Assembly: GCA_965644265.1 (NCBI GenBank)
Contig: OZ286465.1
Span: 60,326,001 to 60,390,000, forward strand
Length of the DNA: 64,000 nt
Direction: 5' to 3'
Source of the DNA: Glycera tridactyla
Lineage: Eukaryota
This document shows, piece after piece, positions 49,699-58,840 of this stretch. A program made the translations under genes and the position numbers. The notes beneath the pieces were generated by a model. That model did not search any database. It was not told the origin of the DNA and saw only the letters and a list, made by a program, of their open reading frames with translations. Each line of letters begins with the position of its first letter. Positions within the stretch are counted from its first letter, which is position 1.

Positions 49699-50169
49699 CA
49701 TTATGCAGGACCAAGGTTTGTTCTACCTTATGGCATTGGGAATCATTTTACCCCAGGCACTGGGGAAGAGTGGGGCAGTGTTTGTAGTAGCGCTCGCCCA
49801 CGCTATTATCATCACAAAACACATTGGAAATCTTCGATTGTTTAGAATCGGATTCAGTGATTAAAAACAAAGGGAACCAACAATACAAACACCATACTTG
49901 TGACTTCGCACTGCGGGGTGAGCAGAATTTAGTCCTAACTGAAAAACTTCAGCTCATTCAGGGGTGAAAAGGTCAGATAATGGACACTATCGGGAACTAT
50001 AACGCTTCATTTTCATAACGGGAATGTAATACAAACAATTCATTACCAATTTCCCTCCAAGCATTGTTTATAAGTTTGATATATTTTATTCCCTCCCAAC
50101 GGAACATATTAATCACTTGTTTCCTTCCTTTTTGCTTGAGTTTTCAGACTAACATGGACTTCATCATCG

Positions 50170-51700
50170 AGAATTTCTAAATTATAGTGGAATTTGAATC
50201 ACTCACATTACCATTTGCAGCACCAAATAGAGGGAGTAAGAGTATTACTTGAAAGAAGTAAAATAGATATGATAATCATTGGCGAAAGTATTTTAAGATA
50301 TTTCAATCAGGGACTACAACTTAAGAATTGCAGGTCACAATACGTTTCATCACGACAGAGATTTTGGCCTGTGAAAAAGAAGGGGTAGGCCTAATTGCCT
50401 ACAGTAGACTTGACAAGAATGTTGATTTTGTACTAGGCTTGAATGTATACCCTCTAGACATCGAATATATCTGGCTAAAGTTGAATTCAAGATACTTGAC
50501 CAAATTTCATCTGTCGCCTGTATAGACCACCTGATGGAAATATCCAAAATCGTCTGAGTTTGCTCAAAAAGAAATGCGAGGATGTGTGTCTTGGAAACCA
50601 CGATATGATTTTTATCGGAGATGCCAAAATTGATCTTCAGACCTAAACTAATAATAAAGAGCGATTGGAAAATTCCATGAGGCAATTTTGACTCAAATGA
50701 ATTATGTGAATTATAAATAGCAATATGCCCGCAGCGAAATGATCGATCTTGGCATCTCCGAACATAACTTGATTTTTACGAAAGTTAAAAATGCAAAGTA
50801 GCACGTAGAAGTAGCTATGTTAAGCTCCGAGACTACAGAAATGCCTATTTCGGACAGATTAAGCTACACATTGATGGAAATTTGTCGTTCAGTGACCACG
50901 AAACTTATTTGTGCAAGAAAACTATCGACAAGGTCAGGTTCCTAAGTAGTCTTCGTCCTCTTTTAGACAAGGATACCACCGGAATGCTTTAGGGGAGCCT
51001 GATCTTGCCGATAATGGACTATGCTCACATTATTTATGGTACCTTGAACGAGCAAAAAATCCTGAATTTTGCACTTTGCATGATTGCATGTGAACCTCCA
51101 TGGGGATTTAGAAGTCCCCTCACTCAAATCTAGGAGGAAATCTCATACTCTGGTAGAAGAATGTAACATTACCAACAATGACGCCTTCGAATATCGGAAA
51201 AACATTTGTCAAATTCACCCCAAAACACATGCTCACAATACTCGAGGTTCAAATGATACACTCTTAAGAAAACGGATGTTAGGCTGAAGCTGAGTGAGGG
51301 TAATTTCGCTCACTCTCACTCGGCGAAATTCGAAGACTTCAATCAGCTCCCTCTCGATGCCTTCAAATCAGAATTTTCATCCATTTTGACCTCCCTTTAT
51401 AATATCTTGAATAGCTCGCAAATTGCCTATATTGGCCATGGTGTCCCGCATTTTCTATCGTTTCTATTCTACCACTGCACCTCGGCAATTGAAATTTCTC
51501 AATCTTCGAATTGGGAGTTTGCGTACTCTATATCTCCAACCATGATATTAATTTTATTCCAGCTATTATGAAATGAGGTGCTCACCTTTAACCATTATAT
51601 GTTACTACTACTAGCATCTCCCAACGAAGTCCTGAAGAAGGCTGTATCTCATGGTTGATTTTTATTTTCTTGTAAAATAAAGTTTACGTCACTTTACTTT
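50170..51700 (+). mobile_element. Internally deleted, degenerate CR1/L2-type LINE
   Basis: APE motifs (IEGVRVLLERSKIDMIIIGESIL, IEYIWLKL, YRPPDG) run into ORF2 C-terminal motifs (SLILPIMDYAHIIYG). The 3' end has aataaa near 51677. Confidence 0.65.
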
Positions 51701-53575
51701 CAGAATCTGCTATTTATGAGCAATGCATGGTTTTGGAACACTCTCAGTGCCTTTTACAAGTTCGTCGATATAGAATGATCGTTTTGCTACCTGCATCTGA
51801 TCTGAGGTATCAAAAGCTATCCTAGCAATCAGGAAAATTTGATAAATGGGCAATTGAACCAATTCAATTTAATGAGCATCTCGTTATTGATACCGATTAC
51901 CAAATGACATGGCTCTTTCAAATAGTGTCATTGCTCATATGAAATAGTCCTCTCCAATTTGCGTGATTAGGGCCTTGTGATATGACATGATAGAAAAACA
52001 AAGTGAAATATGAACATTATGGGGGAGGGCATACTTTCAGTGAAATTATGGCTCTCAGTGAGGACATGGAAACAAAAGCAACCAGTTGTTCTGCCCGATC
52101 TGGCTCTACCAATGAGTTTTGGATGTCAAGCGATCCGAACACTTGTCCAATGAGATATGTTTGTGCTCAAGACATGCACAGAGGCTATCCAAGAGATGTT
52201 GAACATTGTGTACAGAAAATGCGGCTGTGTCATGCATCGATCAATGAATAATCAATTTTCAACTTTATCGAGCATTGACTATCGACAGAAAATGTAATGC
52301 TTATGAAAAATGGTTGATCAATAACAGTGAGCCAATACTCAAAACTGACAGGTAGTTAGACNNNNNNNNNNNNNNNNNNNNNNNNNNNNNNNNNNNNNNN
52401 NNNNNNNNNNNNNNNNNNNNNNNNNNNNNNNNNNNNNNNNNNNNNNNNNNNNNNNNNNNNNNNNNNNNNNNNNNNNNNNNNNNNNNNNNNNNNNNNNNNN
52501 NNNNNNNNNNNNNNNNNNNNNNNNNNNNNNNNNNNNNNNNNNNNNNNNNNNNNNNNNNNNNNNNNNNNNNNNNNNNNNNNNNNNNNNNNNNNNNNNNNNN
52601 NNNNNNNNNNNNNNNNNNNNNNNNNNNNNNNNNNNNNNNNNNNNNNNNNNNNNNNNNNNNNNNNNNNNNNNNNNNNNNNNNNNNNNNNNNNNNNNNNNNN
52701 NNNNNNNNNNNNNNNNNNNNNNNNNNNNNNNNNNNNNNNNNNNNNNNNNNNNNNNNNNNNNNNNNNNNNNNNNNNNNNNNNNNNNNNNNNNNNNNNNNNN
52801 NNNNNNNNNNNNNNNNNNNNNNNNNNNNNNNNNNNNNNNNNNNNNNNNNNNNNNNNNNNNNNNNNNNNNNNNNNNNNNNNNNNNNNNGATGGTTGATGGA
52901 TGGATGGATAGACGGATCAATATACAGATATACACCAGCCTGATACTCACAGGACATCAGAGATACAAATGGTGCTTCATAGGCTGAATATATGCCCTTC
53001 ATGGTTTCGTCCTGCCTAGTTGCTCAGGGGCACGCAAATGTATACTTGCGCCATTTCCAAGCTGACTGCACACTGTTACAGACCTGGCGCATATGACTGT
53101 TCAACCAATATAAATTAAAATTGACTAGTTATGGCGCACAGTAATATAATCTCTCTAGATAATGTACTGCTCCACCTCCACACTGCTGAATTTTATAAAT
53201 AGCAAATTTAATGTTTCATGCGGGAAATGAAAGCTCTCAGGTTTCCTAATGGCAGTTGGGACTGCACATGGATGAAACTATGCATCCATCCCTGCATATA
53301 ATGACTTTGTGGCATTGGGTAATGATACACAGTCATCCAATATACATCATATACATTGTCAGGTAATACCTAAACCAAGGCAGGTGGCTTTGTACGTAGT
53401 CAACAGATATGATCAATCAATTAACCAACCAACCAACAGATACCATCGACAAGACCAACATGCTCATCTATATTCTTCTCTAAGTCAATGATTCAATGCA
53501 ATGTCTCCAATAGTATTCTCTATGCAACAAATGTGTATGTCTTGATTCTCAGTGCTGCTTGAAGCGACTGAATGT

Positions 53576-53712
53576 TACTCACTCACTCATTCCCTCACTC
53601 ACTCACTCATTCACTCAGTCACACACTAACTCACTAATTCATTCACTCAATCACTCATTCACCTATTCGCTTACTCACTCACCCAATCCCCCACTCGCTC
53701 ACTCACTTATTC
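53576..53712. repeat. Degenerate (TCAC)n microsatellite
   Basis: Visible tetranucleotide low-complexity tract. Confidence 0.85.
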
Positions 53713-54959
53713 AGTCAGTCAGTTGGTCGCTAATCCACTCGATGAATCAATCAATCAAGCAAGCAGGTAAGGACCCTAACAAGTAACGGAAAAACTCCAA
53801 TTCAGGAGCCAGGAGAATTGCCCCATGGGCTAGTTTTTCAGACACATCTATGCCCACGTTACATCGAACTATGTAACTTGCCGTAGGCCAACGCACAGGC
53901 CTGGAAGCAATGCTTCCAAGTATCGGACAGTCACGACAACATATAGCACAAATAGTATAGCGCCATTATCAAATGTTGTCTGATATGGGGATTATACTTG
54001 AAAACTCCTCAATATACCCATCAGATGTTATATTCACGGTAACTATCCATCCCAATCTACCATCCACCATCTGCGTTTGATGATTTTATGATTGCAAATA
54101 TCGATTAGAAATTTGTCTACTTATGTTAATATTCCCAATCTGATTCAGAATTTACTGACCTTGTCACCTAGGTCAGATGAAATCGTCGATCCTTCTTGAA
54201 GTCCATGTCTACCATGTTCAAGTCAGGATCTATTAATTTTTCTCAAGACTTTATTTTCCAATGTTTCTCACAAACATACTGTTGTTTACTTCTTTCCTGT
54301 TATGCTGTCAACATGATTGTCACTGTGTGATATTTTACACAGAGAAAATAGTCACACAACCTCCCGTCTCCTGGGTCTGAAAAAAGAATCAATTACAAAT
54401 ACAAAATATCAGTGGCACTTGCTATTCAAAAACTCCTGAAATTTGTTTGACATTTGCTAACCATTGCTGCCACCAATATTATTTGCTCTCAGTCCTCAGG
54501 ATAGGAGGTCAGTAAAATTCACATTAGCGAATTAATATTACAGCACACGTGCATTTATTCTGTCACTGAAACCGCTGCTTATCAATATGGTTCATGAACA
54601 AAAAGCATCAGGCTCGCAAGTGACTGATGGTGATGACAAAAATATTGATTGTTTGACGGTGTTTTTTGGCATGTATTATTTTAATGATTTCTGAAAGCCA
54701 AGTTGTCCACACCTGCATCAATTTCACACAACTCGAACACAATATGTTAGAGAATCAAAAAGGACATCAATAGACCTATTGATGGTCTGATTGTATACCT
54801 GGCTGACCTCTGATCCAAATGGTCATGCCTTCATTCAAGAAGAAGCAGTGTACTTGAAACAAGACAATCCATTAAGCAAAATACCTAACCAATGTATTCA
54901 GTCACTTTTCAGAGTCCAAGTAGCAGAGAACTTGTGTGACTTGTACTTACACCATGCAT

Positions 54960-55067
54960 AAGTGACATTGCTGCCACAGGCAAAATATCAGTTACCTACA
55001 TGTCCGATATGACCCATTTGGTGTTGAAAGGACGTTAAACCAAAATCAATCAATCAAGTTATCTACA
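54960..55067 (+). mobile_element. SINE-like 3' end
   Basis: gttgaaaggacgttaaaccaaaatcaatcaatcaa tail. Confidence 0.45.
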
Positions 55068-55667
55068 TTAAAGTCCATTGCAGAGAGGAGACTTGAAGGT
55101 GACTTTAATGGGAAAGAACAGATTTGAAGAAATCCTATGGATAAAAATGTTTTGCTAGAACATGCTATTGGATAGATGATTTAGAATTTCGACTGGATAC
55201 TCTTACTTGGCCAAAACACCTAAAATCATTGGGAAGAAGAGAGTAGATGTTGTTTGAACCACTGCAGTCCACATTATCGCTGATGGCAGCTCTTCAATAT
55301 AAAGGTTGCGCTTTGTACTGATTGACTCACTAAAGTTGTAGTTCGTTCAATCCCATCACAATGCTATTCCTTGCGACATATGTAAGTAGTCGAATGTGTC
55401 CAAATGATTCAACCTCTATTGGAATTCAATGATCCAAGCGATTGAATCAAGCTGAAACACATCGTTCAAGTGGTGAAATTGTTAATTGGAAATAGTTCCT
55501 GCATATTTATATGAATGGGACGCCATGAGATCCTGCTTAAATCATGCAGATATTAGGGGACTATTTCATATGAGCAACGGTGCTATATCAGATAGATGTG
55601 ATGATCAGCAGCAAACCCCCCCCCCCCCCCCCCCCAGGTTTATTTATTCAACCTGGGGATCTATACT

Positions 55668-55839
55668 TACCGTTTCTCCCTCAAATTTAGCATTTCCCGG
55701 GCCGATAGGCCTACATGCGAACATTACAACAACACGAATAAAAATTCGTGAAGTGAAACCCTCACACCATCACCTCACGCTAGGTGGCTTCCGCCACTGC
55801 GTGGCTTCCGTATTCCCCGAATATCGCCGTATTTTTCAA
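55668..55839. repeat. DIRS 3' ITR (pairs with 62520-62691)
   Basis: 172-bp inverted match with 10 substitutions and no indels. Confidence 0.95.
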
Positions 55840-55895
55840 CAGTCAATTCAGGGTTCAACCGATTTTATTATTGGGGACGGACAGGAGGGATAATC

Positions 55896-55992
55896 CAATT
55901 TGAGGGAGAAATGGTAAGTATAGATCCCCAGGTTGAATAAATAAACCTGGGGGGGGGATCTATCTGTACCATTTCTCCCTCAAATTTAGCAT
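55896..55992. repeat. DIRS internal complementary region (circle-junction copy)
   Basis: The first part is the reverse complement of the left terminus (ccccaggtttatttattcaacctggggatctatacttacc..). The second part, gatctatctgtaccatttctccctcaaatttagcat, is the reverse complement of the right terminus. They join at a G9 run (55949-55957). Confidence 0.92.
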
Positions 55993-56186
55993 CGCATATG
56001 ACAAGGATGGAGGGTATAAAATCCTACGCCGTGTCGCTCGGAAACAAATACCTTCTAAAAGGTAAAATAAAAACCAAATTATCCGAGTATTCCACAGCAT
56101 AATATTGATATATACAGTATTGATATGTACACTAACAACAATATCAAAAACCCCCCAGATATCATATACAATATAACATTAACCAC

Positions 56187-56950
56187 CTAGTCGGCCGCGT
56201 CTACCAGAGATTGGGCCACCACAATCAGACCAAGAGAGTATAGATCCCCAGCCTGGCCGCACATGTCTCTCAGATAGAATGAGAGAAAGGTATTGGAAGA
56301 CCTCCAATTAGCGGCCTGCATCATGTCCTCAACAGGACAAGCGTGGTTCAGTGATCTCCAAGAGGTCGAGATAGCCCTGACCTCATGTGCAGAAACTGAT
56401 TCATCCCGCATGACCTGATCAATCATAGGACAAACACACTACCTGCTGAATCCAGCAGGATAAGCGATCCACCCTAATCTCTGCTGACGCGAAATGATTA
56501 GGTGGCACAAAAAGTCTCACCCCGATACCTCTGAATTCCGAGACCACCCTCAGGTAGTATTCTAGATTGCGAACCGGACACATTGTCTCATTTCCTCTAC
56601 CAGGAGGAATAGCGGGAATAGGCCGTTTGGATCGGTCTCATATACAAACGACCCAGGTTCACAAAGCCTGCCATACTGGACATGTGACATTCTATTCCCA
56701 GATAAGTAGATGGTAGCCAGATGGTAGCCAGATGGTAGCCGGCTTCAGACTGGCATCAAAAAGAGAGAGGAAGAATTCCACTACTTGTGGTGCAAGGGGA
56801 TTCTTACAATCCACCTTGTTGGACTTGCACCATTAAAACCACTTCTTCCATCTGGAGTCAAAGATGCGTGCTGAGGATGAATGGACAAATGAAGCGATCC
56901 GCTTCGTTGCCTCTGCTGAGTAAACCTTGCCGGAGAGGGCACTCCGGACA
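56187..56950 (-). pseudogene. DIRS tyrosine recombinase (YR), centre deleted
   Basis: N-terminal part SAEATKRI..SSARIFDSRWKKWF*WC. C-terminal part CPVRNLEYY, AHEVRA (HxxR), AANWRSSNTFLSFY (catalytic Tyr region). The first catalytic Arg region is missing and replaced by filler at 56620-56740. Confidence 0.88.
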
Positions 56951-58840
56951 GACACCATGCGGACAGATTCAAGACCTGGGGTCTGAAATGATGTAGTCTT
57001 CTCCGATTCACCACTTGGGTTAAGAGAGACGCAATAGGAGGTAACTCTCTTGGGAGATCGATAGACATCTCCAGAAGATCTGGAAACCACAACTGATTTG
57101 GCCACCAAGGGGCTATGCAAATCAGCGTGGTTTCCTGACCTCTTAGAGCATTGAGAACCTCCCGAATCAGTGCCGTCGGAGAGAAAAATGTACGCCTCTC
57201 CGAACTGATTCCAAGGCAAAGACAGAGCGTCTACGGCGAACGCCCTTTGGTCCGGGAACGGAGACACAAACACCGGAAGTTTCGCGTTCAACGGGGTTGC
57301 CATGAGGTTTATCAACGGACACAGTTCGAAGCAGTCCATGACCTGGCGAAACACCCCTTCGTCCAGTTCCCATTCCGTGTTGATCGGCTTCGAACGGGAG
57401 AGAGCATCCGCAAGCACATTGTGCTTGCCCGGAATATGTCAGACCTTCAGAGAGACACCCAACCTCTGAGTTAGCATGAAAATCCTCCAAGCCAACCCGC
57501 AAAGCAGGGATGAATGGGTGCCTCCCTGCTTCGACAAATAGGACACAGCCATTACATTGTCGCATAATACTAGAAGAACCTGATTCTGAACTCCGTAAGA
57601 GAACTCCTCCAGAGCCAGAACAATCGTCTCCAACACATTGATGGAGTGGTCCTGACGCGACTGAGGCCACTTGCCTGAAGCCTGCCACATGTTCTCCCTT
57701 TTCGACAGATGCGCCCCCAACCATCGAGAGAAGCATCTGTGATCAATGTCATAGTCGGTTGAGGGGGAACCAAAGGAACCCCTTTGTACAGATTGGAACG
57801 ATCCCCCCAGGATCCCCATGACTTCTGAGGGCATAGAGACCATCATCTCCAGATGATCCATAAACGGCCTCCACTGTGAGAGTAAGGCCGTTTGGATTAG
57901 TCTCATATACAAACGACCCAGGTTCACAAAGCCTGCCATACTGGACATGTGGCCTAGCAACCTGAGCACCGCCCGAGCCGGTTGACAAGGTCTGTGCAAA
58001 AACAGCCTTGTGCAAAGAATCATCTTTTCCACCCTCCTGATTGCTGGTCTGACCAGACCGGCGTGGGTGTCGAATTCTATTCCCAGATAAGTAAAAGTCT
58101 GGCTGGGAACCAAATCCGACTTTTCCTTGTTGACCATCCACCCCAGCCTGGCCGCCAGATGAAGGACGTACTCCAACTGATCCTGTAAAACCGACGGGCT
58201 CTGGTGTCTCAGGAGCCAATCGTCCAGGTAGAAGTGGACTTTGATCCCCTGCTCGTGTTAGTGGTGCGCCACTTCCCGAAGGACCATGGTGAACACCCGT
58301 GGTGCCGTGTTTAGCCCAAAAGGAAGGGCTCGGAATTGATAAGCCTCCTTCGGAGACACGGCGAATCGCAGATATTTCTGATAACGAGGATGCATCGGGA
58401 AGCGAAAATATGCATCCTTGAGGTCGATGGAGACGGTCCAGTCGTTCATAGCCACTGACTTGACAACTGACGCGGCTGTCTCCATCATGAACTTTTGGTT
58501 GTACACATATGCGTTCAACGGTTTCAAGTTTATCACGGGTCTGAAGCCTCCTGTTGCCTTGGCGACCAGAAACAGGTTGCAGTAGAACCCTCCTTGATCT
58601 GATAGATCTACTGGGACCACTGCATGCTTGTCTACCATGCTTCTGATCTCCGAGAGCAGGGCCTCTCTCTTCTGTTGCCCTTTTGGATGAGTAAAGGGCA
58701 AGAAAGTTTTCGAGAGTGGCGGCTGCTCCTGAAAGGACAACGTGAGGCCCATCCCAACTATGTCCAAAACAAAGCGGTTTGATGTGAGGTCCTTCCAAGC
58801 GGGAAGGAATTGAAGGAGACGAGCTCCCACGATCTGCAAT
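56900..58840 (-). pseudogene. DIRS RT + RNase H + methyltransferase-like (MT) domains
   Basis: VGARL..F..AW, IDLKDAY, LPFGL..APRVF, YLDDW, TDASLDGWG, HSINVLE, HIPGKHNVLADALSR, NAKLPVFVSPFPD..AVDAL..W..YIF(S)P. Stops at 58258 and 57439; indels near 57805, 57715 and 57187. Confidence 0.93.

Noticed and set aside
52930-53002. Possible first exon (MKGIYSAYEAPFVSLMS|gtgagt) on the minus strand
   Set aside because: No downstream exons or domain could be linked to it.
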